Shown: positions 1 to 12,182, counted from the stretch's first letter. The stretch: 64,000 bases of DNA from Octopus sinensis (GCF_006345805.1 NC_042998.1:5766001-5830000); one strand, 5' to 3'. Program-made: numbers and translations. The notes: generated by a model from the letters alone, not told the origin.

Positions 1-148
1 CTTATTACACAGCTTAAAAAAACTGAAGGACCGCTGCAATAAGTGTGTGAATATGAGAGGGGAATATGTTGATTAAAATCATAATTAACTGATCCTCCTG
101 TATTTTCTTTTACCCAACGCCAGGAACTATTTAGCCCCACCTTGTACA
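1..148 (+). mobile_element. Right end of mariner-derived MITE
   Basis: ctgcaataagtgtgtgaat...gaatatgttg...aaaatcataattaactgatcctcctgtattttcttttaccc...aggaact recurs nearly verbatim at 63330-63444; resembles the end of a mariner transposase plus TIR. Confidence 0.7.
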
Positions 149-679
149 TATGCACACATAAATATACAATGGCAGAATGTGTCTTTTACACACACACCGT
201 CTAGCAGGAGAATTAATGGTAACACAACAGCTACCAGTAAGAAATGGAGGGGGGGGGGGCAATAAATACACCTGAGAGGAACAAGGACATTGCCAAAAAA
301 TTTGGAATAGCAGCAGAAAAGCATTTTTAATGGTAGTGATAGAGATATAAATATTAGACAAGGACGAGGACAGTGCTACCAGGGGTAACATCATCCAACC
401 GTGACAGATCCAATTTGATTAATAAAATAATGTACAAGTTAAGTAATAGCTGAGTTTTGATATAATCATTTATACATTTCCCTTATAATGTATGAGTTTG
501 CACCTGATAGTTGATGTTTGATTGAAGGGTGAGTCAGAAAGGAAAGAAAACAAAAAATGCAAAAAATATTTCAATAAAATACGGAGAACAATTGCATATG
601 GGAATCGAACTACAGCAAATATTAAACTGTTGCTAAGCATTTTTATCAGAATTATTATTATGGCTGTTATTATTCATCA

Positions 680-880
680 TCATCGTCATCATCATCATTT
701 AGCGTCCGCTTTCCATGCTAGCATGGGTTGGACGGTTCAACTGGGGTCTGAGAAGCCAGAAGGCTGCATCAGGCCCAGTCTGATCTGGCAATGTTTCTAC
801 GGCTGGATGCCCTTCCTAATGCCAACCACTCCGTGAGTGTAGTGGGTGCTTTTTATGTGCCAGACGGGGCTGGCAAACAC
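680..880 (-). mobile_element. SINE family C (GAT tail), truncated
   Basis: catcatcatttagcgtccgctttccatgctagcatgggttggacgg...ggatgcccttcctaatgccaaccactcc, repeated more than 10 times in the window. Confidence 0.85.
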
Positions 881-899
881 TTAATATTAATATTAATAA

Positions 900-1090
900 G
901 GTAGTGAGCAGGTACAATCGTTAGCACGACGGACAAAATGCTTAGCAGCATTTCGTCTGCCTTTACATTCTGAGTTCAAATTCTGCCAAGGTTGACTTTG
1001 CCTTTCGCCCTTTCAGGATCAATAAATTAAGTACCAGTGAAACAATGCGGTTGATGTGATTGACTTACCACTTCCCCACGAATTTCAGGC
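900..1090 (+). mobile_element. SINE family B (Meta-like core)
   Basis: ttctgagttcaaattctgcc...gactttgcctttcgccctttcaggatcaataaattaagtaccag, many copies in the window. Confidence 0.8.
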
Positions 1091-1094
1091 CATG

Positions 1095-1275
1095 TGTTCC
1101 CCAGCTGGACAGGACGCCAGTCCATCACGGCGTTACTCATTTTTGCCAGCTGAGTGGACTGGAGCAACGTGAAATGAAGTTTTTTGCTCAAGAACACAAC
1201 GTGTCGCCCAGTCCAGGAATCAACAATCTTATGGTCATGATGCTGACGCCCTAACCACTAAGCCACATGCCTCCA
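1095..1275 (-). mobile_element. SINE family D (Nin/V-like core)
   Basis: reverse complement gives a tRNA-like head tggcttagtggttagggcg plus gtgttcttgagcaaaaaacttcatttcacgttgctccagtccactcagctg; similar copies at 42910 and 51060. Confidence 0.7.
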
Positions 1276-1341
1276 CAATATTAATAATAACGAAAATAAT
1301 AATAAAAATAATAATAATAAAAATAATAATAATAATAATAA

Positions 1342-1506
1342 GGCGCAGGAGTGGCTGTGTGGTAAGTAGCTTGCTAACCAACCACATGGTTCCGGGTTCA
1401 GTCCCACTGCCTGGCATCTTGGGCAAGTGTATTCTGCTATAGCCCTGGTCCGACCAATGCCTTGTGAGTGGATTTGGTAGACGGAAACTGAAAGAAGCCT
1501 GTCGTA

Positions 1507-1545
<39 letters not shown>

Positions 1546-1762
1546 CTGTGTTTGTGTGTCTGTGTTTGTCCCCCCTAGCATTGCTTGACAACCGATGCTG
1601 GTGTGTTTACGTCCCCGTTACTTAGCGGTTCGGCAAAAGAGACCGATAGAATAAGTACTGGGCTTACAAAGAATAAGTCCCGGGGTCGATTTGCTCGACT
1701 AAAGGCGGTGCTCCAGCATGGCCACAGTCAAATGACTGAAACAAGTAAAAGCGTAAAAAAGA
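1342..1762 (+). mobile_element. SINE family A (tRNA-derived, internal TA/TG microsatellite)
   Basis: A box tggctgtgtggt, B box gggttcagtccc, conserved body, tail ctgaaacaagtaaaag; more than 15 copies in the window. Confidence 0.92.
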
Positions 1763-1774
1763 GTAATAATAATG

Positions 1775-1819
<45 letters not shown>

Positions 1820-2279
1820 GTAATAATGATGATGATAATAATAATGTTATCTGATCTGATAATCAATAAATCAATTTGAGCTTATCAGATCTGTAAAAGA
1901 AGTTTTGAGCTTTTGTTTGCAAAGCATTACAAGAAAACAATTAAAAGAAGGAAACAGACAGGTGGATGTTGTCGTTGAGTCTGACCATTTACCTTTTCTG
2001 TTGTCCTTAACACTTATTTGCTGTAACAATATTGTTGTTCTCATTGTTTATCCTGATGATGATGATGACGGTGGTGGTGGTGGCCTATAGAATGGTCTTT
2101 TATTTTATTTTTATTTTTATTTTTATTTTTTTTAACATGCTAGCATAGATTACATGCAATCGTTCAGGTATACTATACTATATCAACTGTGAAGACATGT
2201 ATAGAGACTTTACATGCAAAAAAGCATCGAGTGTAACCTGAAGTAAACATGTTACACATGTTGGACATGCTTTCTAAAG

Positions 2280-2399
2280 CAAACACACACACACACATAT
2301 ACACATACATTTACTTACATATATATATTTTCACATTTTTTAATTCATATAGTTATATATATACACACACATACATATATATATATTTATATATATATG

Positions 2400-2435
<36 letters not shown>

Positions 2436-2770
2436 CACACTCAAATATATATAATGCACACATATATATATGCAATATATAATATATATATATGTATGTA
2501 ATATATATATATATAACATATATATAATATATATAATATATATATATATATATACATATATATACATATATATATACATATATATATATGCAAATATATA
2601 TATATATACATATATATATAGATGTACATATATATATATAGATCTACATATATATACATATATATATATAGATATATGTATATACATATATATATATATA
2701 TATATATGTATGTATATGTAATATAATATATATGAATATATAATATATATTACAGACATTATATATATTA
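2280..2770. repeat. Degenerate (TA)n/(CA)n microsatellite
   Basis: direct inspection. Confidence 0.95.
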
Positions 2771-3077
2771 TACACTCACACACATATCTATATTTGTATA
2801 CGTTGTTGTCAAGTGAAGAATTTGTAAGGTAGAATGAAAACATGCTAAAAATATTGAGAAAAAAAAACATTGAAAAATATCCAGAGGATCAGGATAAGCC
2901 ATAGTGATCCTATTATCTTTCCATACTGCCTAAACTCATGCAAGCATGAAGATATAACCAAGACAATGGCACCAACGATATCATTAATCCTGTTACAGTC
3001 TCTCATATCAACACATTGCAATAATACTTGTTAGTTGAAAGCTTTCTTTTGAAAAAGAAATCAATATATCTGAGCAA

Positions 3078-3079
3078 CG

Positions 3080-3125
<46 letters not shown>

Positions 3126-3148
3126 CAACAATAATAATAATAATAATG

Positions 3149-3183
<35 letters not shown>

Positions 3184-3184
3184 A

Positions 3185-3231
<47 letters not shown>

Positions 3232-3235
3232 TATA

Positions 3236-3266
<31 letters not shown>

Positions 3267-3294
3267 TAATATAATAATAATAATAATAATTATA

Positions 3295-3325
<31 letters not shown>

Positions 3326-3342
3326 TAATAATAATTATTATA

Positions 3343-3386
<44 letters not shown>

Positions 3387-3390
3387 TATA

Positions 3391-3434
<44 letters not shown>

Positions 3435-3444
3435 TATAATAATG

Positions 3445-3482
<38 letters not shown>

Positions 3483-3486
3483 TATA

Positions 3487-3517
<31 letters not shown>

Positions 3518-3600
3518 TAACAACAATAATAATAATAATAATAATAATGATAATAATAATAATGATGATAATAATCAAAATTATAATGACATTATGATAA
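3078..3600. repeat. (AAT)n/(GAT) microsatellite
   Basis: direct inspection. Confidence 0.95.
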
Positions 3601-3639
3601 TACAATGATATTAATAACATTGTTTTGTGATCATTATTA

Positions 3640-3725
3640 TCATTGCCGACATTATAATTATTACTATTATTGTTGTCGTAGATTTTGTTGTTATTTTTGT
3701 TGTCATCATTATTATTATTATTATT

Positions 3726-3758
<33 letters not shown>

Positions 3759-3855
3759 ATTTTTGTTGTCATATTATTATTATTATTATTTATTATTATT
3801 GTTGTTGTTGTTTGTTGTTGTTGTTGTTGTTATTTTTGTTGTCATTATTATTATT

Positions 3856-3891
<36 letters not shown>

Positions 3892-3964
3892 ATTTTTGTT
3901 GTCATCATTATTATTATTATTATTATTGTTGTTGTTGTTGTTGTTGTTGTTGTTATTTTTGTTG

Positions 3965-4008
<44 letters not shown>

Positions 4009-4051
4009 GTTGCTGTTGTTGTTATTTTTGTTGTCATTATTATTATTGATA

Positions 4052-4084
<33 letters not shown>

Positions 4085-4110
4085 TATTATTATTATTATC
4101 ATTATTATCA
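3640..4110. repeat. Compound (ATT)n(GTT)n microsatellite with higher-order unit
   Basis: anchor ttatttttgttgtcat recurs about every 50-70 bp. Confidence 0.9.
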
Positions 4111-4534
4111 TTATCATTATGGATTGCTAACTAATTAATTGAGATATATATTTGAGTAGCATATATTTCATTTTATTGATACTAGAAAGATGAAAGGTAG
4201 AATCAATCCGTCCAATGGGATTTGAGCACAAAATGTAAAGGGATGTAACTGAATACTGCCAGATATGTATGTCTGGTGCACTACCGATTCTGATATTCAA
4301 AACCCATTACTATAATTATCAATACCAACACTATTGATTAAAATGGCCAATTGGCAGAATTGCTTCCAGGTAATTATTCTTACTTATTTTGCTCTGACTT
4401 CAAATTTGCTTTTCATGTCTCTGGAATTGATAAAGTAAGTACCAGTGATACACTAGGGTCTGTGTAATTGATTACTCCTCTCCTTCCAAGGTTTTGGCTT
4501 TGTGCTTAAGATTATAAATTATCATTGTCATTAT

Positions 4535-5255
4535 TATTATGAGTATTTTTTTCTTCTTTCAGATTTGTGTTCTTTTCTTGCCAAGTGTCTTCCTGACACC
4601 TAGGATAAAGAAATTCACTGTATACATCGATAGGCCGTAAAATTAAACACACCAGATTGTTCATGTTCAAAATGAAATGAAAATATGTGAAAAAATTTTG
4701 TAAAATGAAAAATAAAATGAATAACAAGAGTATTCAGAGAGCGCAAACCTCTGCCAAGGCATCACCAATGTCCTCTCAACGATTATCCAGAGATGATTTT
4801 TAAAATGAGAATATCTAAAATAAACCCGACTGCTCTCACAAACGAGAATATTAAAAATGAGTCTGACCACTCTCAAGAATTAAGTAAAGAAACAGGAAAA
4901 ATAACCCAGAATCCTTGTCTGGTATCAGATCAATCCCCAAATCTAATCAGTCCATGCCAGTCATGAGGTCAAACATCCCTGAAAGTTTCATCCAAATCCA
5001 TCCGGCAGTTCTTGCAATGTCTTGTCTATGGACAAACAAACAAACATGACTGAAAACAATACCTCTGCCTTAGCTAAGGCCAAAGTAAAACTACATGGGT
5101 GGTAATAGTTCCCACATCAACAATGCTCTTATCAGCACATGTGACATTGCCAGTTAAAATAATCTTTTGCACTTACTGTATGGATAGTAAGCCAGGAATC
5201 ATTCTCAAATAATTTTCAGTTCCTTTTTTGATCATTCTTAGTGCTCCTACAATCA
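4535..5255 (-). mobile_element. Degenerate 3' end of Dong/R4 LINE (subfamily C), split by an insertion
   Basis: 4535-4690 and 5089-5255 are colinear with the uninterrupted copy at 37880-38250. Confidence 0.7.
4723..5088 (+). mobile_element. Helentron-type non-autonomous element (HINE/DINE-1-like)
   Basis: 5' subterminal aacctctgccaaggc, (caaa)n tract, 3' acctctgcc-ttagctaa-ggc hairpin remnant; interrupts the Dong relic. Confidence 0.6.
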
Positions 5256-5956
5256 ATCAATTCATCATTTAATCAATTATTATCATCAGTGGCAGCAGTG
5301 GCGTCATCATCATCACCATCACCACCACTACCACCATCATCATGATCGTTATTATTATTTAACATTTGGTAAGTTTCAGGCAAGCAAGTTTCTACTTCAT
5401 CATCTGCTACACCTCTGTGTTGTTGTTGTTGGGGGGGGGGGCATTGTGTGTCTTTTTTTTGTTGTTGTTGTTGTTGTTGGGGGAGTGCAAACTCTTCCTA
5501 GTATTGTATTGCATCATTTGGTTTTATGGGGTCTGGTTGCATTCTTTTTTGTATTAGAGTTTGTATATTATATTGTATGTGTAATGTCAGCTGTGTTCTT
5601 CTCGGTAAAAAGCCTGCTGGTGGTTGTTTATTTTATTGGATATTTGCTATATAGAGTGTGTCTTGTGTTTGTGAATTGTTTTGTCTGGGTTGTATTATTG
5701 AATTGGTAGTGTCTTGCAAAGGACGTGAGCTGTTCCTAGCAGGGCTGTTTTTTGGATAGTGTGTAGCAATGAGGGTCCAGGTATAGCTTCTACAGTATTC
5801 CTTCATATGTTTTTTTTTATTATGCCCAAATGCTCCAATTATTACTGGTATTGTTTTCACCTTCATGCTCCACATTTTGAATATTTCAATTTTGAGGGCT
5901 TTGTACTTTGACTAATAACCCCACTTCCTTTTGGGCAACATTTTGGTCAGAGTGGG

Positions 5957-6376
5957 ATACTCTTTACTCTCTTTACTCTTTTACTTGTTTCAGTCATTTG
6001 ACTGCGGCTATGCTGGAGCACCGCCTTTAGTCGAGCAAATCGACCCCGGGACTTATTCTTTGTAAGCCCAGTACTTATTCTATCGGTCTCTTTTGCCGAA
6101 CCGCTAAGTGACGGGGATGTAAACACACCTGCATCGGTTGTCAAGCAATGCTAGGGAGACAAACACAGACACACAAACATATACACACACACTTATATAT
6201 ATATATACATATATACGATAGGCTTCTTTCAGTTTCTGTCTATCAAATCCACTCACAAGGCATTGGTCGGCCCGGGGCTATAGCAGAAGACACTTGCCCA
6301 AGATGCCACGCAGTGGGACTGAACCCGGAACCATGTGGTTGGTTAGCAAGCTACTTACCACACAGCCACTCCTGCG
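5957..6376 (-). mobile_element. SINE family A
   Basis: reverse-complement copy of 1342-1762. Confidence 0.92.
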
Positions 6377-6449
6377 ATAGAAATATTTATCAGTAAGCAT
6401 GTATATTTTATTATCAATATTATTAACATGATTAACATTATTATTATTA

Positions 6450-6480
<31 letters not shown>

Positions 6481-6501
6481 ATTATTATTATTATTATTAT
6501 T

Positions 6502-9500
6502 CAGTAGTTTTATTTTTATAACGTGCTTTCACTTCACTACCGAGCGCAGCTCTGTGTGCCTTGGGTATGTGCTGTGATTTGTTGTGATGCTCTGATGGTT
6601 ATTGTATGGAAAGTGTTCTGCGTAGGATGTGTGCAGTGCCTAGTAGTGCAATTTTCTGTATGTTATATGTGTTTGTAAGTCCTGGTGTTTTTGTTATGTA
6701 TTTGTTTGAATATTTTTTTATCATGCCTAATGCACCTACTATGATAGGAATTGTTTCTGTTTTCAGGTTCCACATTCTAGTTACCTCTATTTCCAGGTCT
6801 TTGTAGCTTCCAATGTATGTAGGTTCCAACTCTGTCATGTCTGTGAATATATTCCTTCTTAGCCAGGACTGGGCAGCTGGAGATAATATGATTTATTGTT
6901 TCTTGTCCATCTCCACATATTCTGCAGTTACTTGTAATATTTCTTTTCATTACATGTTTTTGGTAATTTCTGGTGGGGAGGCTTTGGTCTTGTGCTGCAA
7001 TTAAAAATCCCTCTGTTTCTGCTTTGAGTCCTGAGCTTCTCAACCATTGCTGGGATTTTTCTTTGTCTATTTCTTTTGCGTTTAGTTTAGTGCAGTATTT
7101 ACCATGAAGTGGCTTTTCTTGCCATCGTTTTATCATGGCTCGTTGCTGTTCTATTTTTAGTTTGGATTTCATTGTTTTATAGCTTTTGTTGTTTCTTCAT
7201 CATCTTCTTCTTCTTCTTTGTGTTTATTAGGTGGTATGATTTCTTGTTTGTATTTGTCAGCTTCCTTAAATACTGAGAACAGTTTTTTGTTTTGCTCGTG
7301 TTTTGCTGCTATCTGGATCAGTTTTCCTTCCTTCTGAAGTAGGTATTTTTGCAGTCCTATGGTAGTTATTTTATAGTAGTTTTCCAGCTGTATAAGGCCT
7401 CTACCACCTTCTATACGTTGTATATATAGTCTTTCTATGTCAGATTTTGGGTGATGCATCCTAGATCCTGTCAGTATTTTTCTTGTTTTCCTATCTATTT
7501 TGGACAGTTCATTTCGTGTCCAGTTAAGGATATTGTAGCTGTAACTTATAACTGGGACAGCTAAAGTGTTGATACCTATTATCTTGTATTTAGCATTGAG
7601 CTCTGTTTTTAGTATTGATCTAACTCGTCTATAATATTCTTTTTTTATTTTCTCTTTCATTTGTGTGTGTTGTGTCTTATCTAGTTCATGGATTCCTAAG
7701 TATTTGTAAGTTTGGCTTTGGTCTAATTCTTTTATTTCATTGGTTTTATCTAGTGTGATGTTGTTACTCTTAACTAGTTTTCCTCTTTTCATGGTTACTT
7801 TGGCGCATTTTTCTAATCCAAATTTCATATCTATTTCTTTGGTAAATCCATGAACTGTCTTTAATAGTGTTTCCAGCTGTTTGTCATTTGCAGCGTATAG
7901 TTTTAGGTCATCCATATATAAAAGGTGGCTGATCGTTTTGCCGTAACATTTATATCCGCATCCAGTTCTATTTAGCATATCAGATAGAGGTGACAGTGCC
8001 AAGCAGAAAAGGAGTGGAGAGAGCGTGTCTCCCTGGAATATTGCTCTTCTAATGGGGATGTCTTTGGTTTTCATAAGTCCCTCTTTTGTTTGGAGGTGTA
8101 GGACTGTTTGCCATTTATTCATAGAGTGCTCTATGAATTTTATGATTGTTGGTGCTACTTTGTTAATGGCTAGTGTTTCGAGGATCCATGTGTGGGGGAT
8201 GCTATCAAACGCCTTTTTGTAGTCAATCCAGGCCATACTGAGGCCTTTCTTCTTTCTGTGGCTGTCTTCAGTTACGGCTTTATTAATCATTAGTTGATCT
8301 TTACAGCCATATGAGCCCTTGCGGCATCCTTTCTGCTCTTCTGGGAACAGTTTGTTTTCGTCCAGTGCTTGTTCAGCCTTTGCGTTATCACTGCAGTAAA
8401 TGCCTTGAACATAGTAGGGAGGCAGGTTATTGGTCTGTAGTTTTCTGGTTTTGTTGTTTCATTTGATTTGGGAATTAAGATGGTTTTCCCCTTCGTGAGC
8501 CATTCAGGCATTGTCTCTGGCTCTGCTAGTATGCTGTTAAAGTTTTCAGCCAGCTTTTTGTGCATTCCTGTTAGATATTTCAACCAGAAGTTGGGGATCT
8601 TGTCATGCCCAGGTGCCTTCCAGTTGCTTAGTTTTTGCAGTGCCTGGGTGACATCTTCAGTTGTTATGGGGGGTCCAAAGTTGTTCAGATGCCGAGTTTG
8701 TTATTTTCATACTCCTTTTTTTTGGCTGTTCGTTCGCCGACCATATTTCTTTCCAGAATTCTTCCAATTCTTCTGCCGTTGGTGCTGCAGTGACTTCTAT
8801 TTTATTTTTGCCTAGTTCTTGGTAGAACTTTTTGGGGTCGGAGTTGAACTTTTTGTTCTGTTCAAAGAAGCGTTGGCGTTTCTCGTACCGGCGGATCCTT
8901 TGAGCTTTGGCAAGGATATCTTGCTTCAGCTTTTCTTTTATCTCCGGCAAATCTTTTTCCGTGATGTTATATTTGCGGAGCATTTTTGTTCTCTTTTTGT
9001 TGCTCAGTAGCGTTGCTTGTTTGCTGATTTCATTAAGAATCGACAGGTCTTTTCTAATTTTTTTTATTTTGTTTTGGATGTTATTTATCCACAGGGTTTG
9101 TTTGGGTGGTGGTACTCCTGTTTGGGCGGGTTTGGGTGAGTATCCAGCTTCTTTTGTGGCTGCAGTGGCTGCTGCATATATCAAGTCATTTAGTTCAGTG
9201 ACATCACTTTTTTTTGTTTCAGTGGCTAGTTCAGTGACGGCTAGGTTTATGTTGTTTATAATTGGTGTTGTTATTGCGTTTATTTTTATTCTTGGGAGGT
9301 ATGGTCGGTGGTCCATTTTGAGCTTTGTGGTTTTTAGTTCTTTGATTATTTTATTTTTTATATTATCATCATCATTAGGCTCCCCTTCGTTGTTTACATC
9401 GTGTTTGTTGGGAATGTTGCGTTTGTCTTCATGTTTTACAGTTTCAGTGTTTATATTATTGGGCATTGTTGTATGGCTTCTATCTACATTTTCCTGGTGT

Positions 9501-10261
9501 ATTTTTTCTTTTAAATGTTCTATTTCTATTTCTGATATTTTTTGGCTTTGAGAATGTATCTTCGTACGTTAGCTAATTTATTAGGGTTCATTGCTGTATC
9601 CAAGTCTATACCTCTATTATTTTCCTTCCATATTTTATATGTATGTGTTGTTGTATTTTCATTTTGTGGGTAGAGCATTGCTGTGAAGTATGCGTGTAAG
9701 ATAGAAATGTATTCCTCACGTGTCCATTTACGTCTTTTGGGTTTTAATTGCGGGACATGAGGTACAACGTCCGGCCCATTATTTTGACGGTCGTCATTTT
9801 CGTAGGGTACCGGTCCGTTTATTTCTGTTGTCACATTATTTCGCACGTGTAGTTTTTCATACATTTTTTGTTGTAGGTTTAATGTATGTACCGCTCGATT
9901 GTTATTCTTGGGTTGAATAGTATCGGTGGCATTTAATTTCTTCGTAGTTCCTTTGTACATGGTGTTTGAGGTCGGGGATGATCGTGTTGTTCCACGCATG
10001 TTTACATGTGTTGTGTTAGAGGTGGAGATAATATCGGGTCAAAATACATCATTTCGTTTCGAAAATAGTAATAAATTTCAATTCGTATTACTTACTCGGA
10101 TATAGTCCAATTCTTTGTTAGTAAATCTTTGGCTCCATAGGGTGTCCTTGTTTTCGATGTTTGTGGATAGATTTCGGAGCTCTGTATTTTCCTTCTTACA
10201 TCTTAAACGTCCCCGGTGTCTTCTCCGTCCCGGTGTCTTCTCCGTCCCCGGTGTCTTCTCC
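6502..10261 (-). mobile_element. Near full-length Dong/R4-clade non-LTR retrotransposon in a (TAA)n tract
   Basis: single long ORF with RT and CCHC finger, 3' UTR ending aaaactactg-(aat)n, 5' end with three 17-18 bp repeats, (ATT)n on both flanks. Confidence 0.95.
6599..9999 (-). pseudogene. Dong/R4 polyprotein ORF (RT, zinc knuckle, partly deleted endonuclease), frameshifted
   Basis: KRRKWTREEYISILHAYF; WIDYKKAFDSIPH; IFQGDTLSPLLF; YMDDLKLY; YKYLGI; CRICGDGQETINHIISSC; IHRHDRVG. At least four frameshifts and a 242-bp deletion. Confidence 0.93.
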
Positions 10262-10266
10262 TTATT

Positions 10267-10300
<34 letters not shown>

Positions 10301-10315
10301 ATATTATCATTATTA

Positions 10316-10370
<55 letters not shown>

Positions 10371-10539
10371 TATTATTTTATTATTATTATTATTATATTA
10401 TTATTATTATTATTACTATTACTATTATTATTATTATTATTATTATACTATTACTATTATTATTATTATTACTATTATTATCATCATCATTATTATTATT
10501 ATTATTATTTATTATTATTATTATTATTATTACTATTAC

Positions 10540-10596
<57 letters not shown>

Positions 10597-10615
10597 TACT
10601 ATTATTATTATTATT
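10262..10615. repeat. (ATT)n microsatellite (Dong target tract)
   Basis: direct inspection. Confidence 0.95.
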
Positions 10616-11161
10616 GAGTGAGAGAGCAGTTCATGCCATCAAAGTGACCCTGGGGTAAAATATACGAAGCTCAATATACCCATCATGACTACCCGTCTGA
10701 TAAGAGTACACCAGGCACATGCATCACAACCATATGTGCGCGACATGGTGATCTCATATCAAGATAAACAGCACATGACCTTGCAGGTGGGGCCCAGTTA
10801 GAATTTTCTTCTGGTCAAGTAGCCCATCCCGCTCAAAAGGTCCCTGAATAAGGGTTGTTTAAGGATGTTGAAAGAACCACCCTTGTTTCCAGAGGTGAAT
10901 TATGCAAACCCCAAAGAATCCCTCTCAACACATGGCTGTGATGCTCCCCCACTACTTCTGCTCGTGATCAGAGATGCACATATCATCAGCCACTAAGGGA
11001 CATGCTCAACTGGTTAAGGTCAAACAACTGACAAGCAAATCTGTGGTATTGAACAGAATATTTGCTGTAGCCCATCTTTTATACCAAGACAAAACAATGT
11101 ACATGATAACACTTCCAATCAGTAAAGATCAGAAGCCATGAGAACCACTGCCTGGTACTGC
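10616..11161 (-). mobile_element. ~545-bp non-coding element flanked by (TAA)n
   Basis: copies at 19506-20033, 43744-44100 and 58220-58368; both ends abut (ATT)n. Confidence 0.85.
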
Positions 11162-11221
<60 letters not shown>

Positions 11222-11242
11222 TATTATTATTATTACTATTAC

Positions 11243-11287
<45 letters not shown>

Positions 11288-11324
11288 TACTATTATCATT
11301 ACTATTATTATTATTATTATTATT

Positions 11325-12099
11325 CAGTAGTTTTATTTTTATAGCGTGCTTTCACTTCACTACCGAGCGCAGCTCTGTGTGCCTTGGGTATGTGCTGTGA
11401 TTTGTTGTGATGCTCTGATGGTTACTGTATGGAAAGTGTTCTGCGTAGGATGTGTGCAGTGCCTAGTAGTGCGATTTTCTGTATGTTATATGTGTTTGTA
11501 AGTCCTGGTGTTTTTGTTATGTATTTGTCTGAATATTTTTTTATCATGCCTAATGCACCTACTATGGAATTGTTTCTGCTTTTAGATTCCACATTCTGGT
11601 TACCTCTATTTCCAGGTCTTTGTATTTTGAGAGTTTCTCCATTTCTTTTAGAGACACGTTGTCATCTGCTGGTATTGATACATCAATTAGAAAGCATTTT
11701 TTTTCTTCATGATCTCTGACAACTATATCTGGTCTGTTGGCCTTAATTTCTCTATCTGTGTGTATCGGCATATCCCAGAGTATGGTTGCTTTCTCGTTTT
11801 CTGTGACCTTTTCTGGTGTGTGCCTATACCATCTTTTTTCTGTTGTTATTCCATAATGTTGGCATAGCTTCCAATGTATGTAGGTTCCAACTCTGTCATG
11901 TCTGTGAATATATTCCTTCTTAGCCAGGACTGGGCAGCTAGAGATAATATGATTTATTGTTTCTTGTCCATCTCCACATATTCTGCAGTTACTTGTAATA
12001 TTTCTTTTCATTACATGTTTTTGGTAATTTCTGGTGGGGAGGCTTTGGTCTTGTGCTGCAATTAAAAATCCCTCTGTTTCTGCTTTGAGTCCTGAGCTT
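11325..12099 (-). mobile_element. 5'-truncated Dong/R4 copy with intact endonuclease core
   Basis: ILWDMPIHTDREIKANRPDIVVRDHEEKKCFLIDVSIPADDNVSLKEMEKLSKYKDL; near-identical to the long copy; (ATT)n flanks. Confidence 0.95.
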
Positions 12100-12133
12100 A
12101 TTATTATTTATTATTATATTATTATTATTATTA

Positions 12134-12182
<49 letters not shown>

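Noticed and set aside
1342-1420. tRNA genes at SINE heads
   Set aside because: A and B boxes are present, but they run directly into SINE bodies and I could not fold full cloverleaves.
2249-4138. Long ORFs rich in I/Y, N or L/V/C
   Set aside because: Translations of TA, AAT and GTT microsatellites. The same applies to ORFs at 10115-10621, 16078-16369, 22017-22966, 35442-35933, 45058-45662 and 51226-51710.
8907-9551. 214-aa plus-strand ORF and other antisense ORFs within Dong
   Set aside because: Antisense shadows of the A-rich retrotransposon ORF with no recognisable motifs.
11145-11161. cctggtactgc(atcagg) resembling U2 snRNA stem-loop IV
   Set aside because: The match is short, no other U2 sequence is nearby, and it lies antisense to the inferred element strand.
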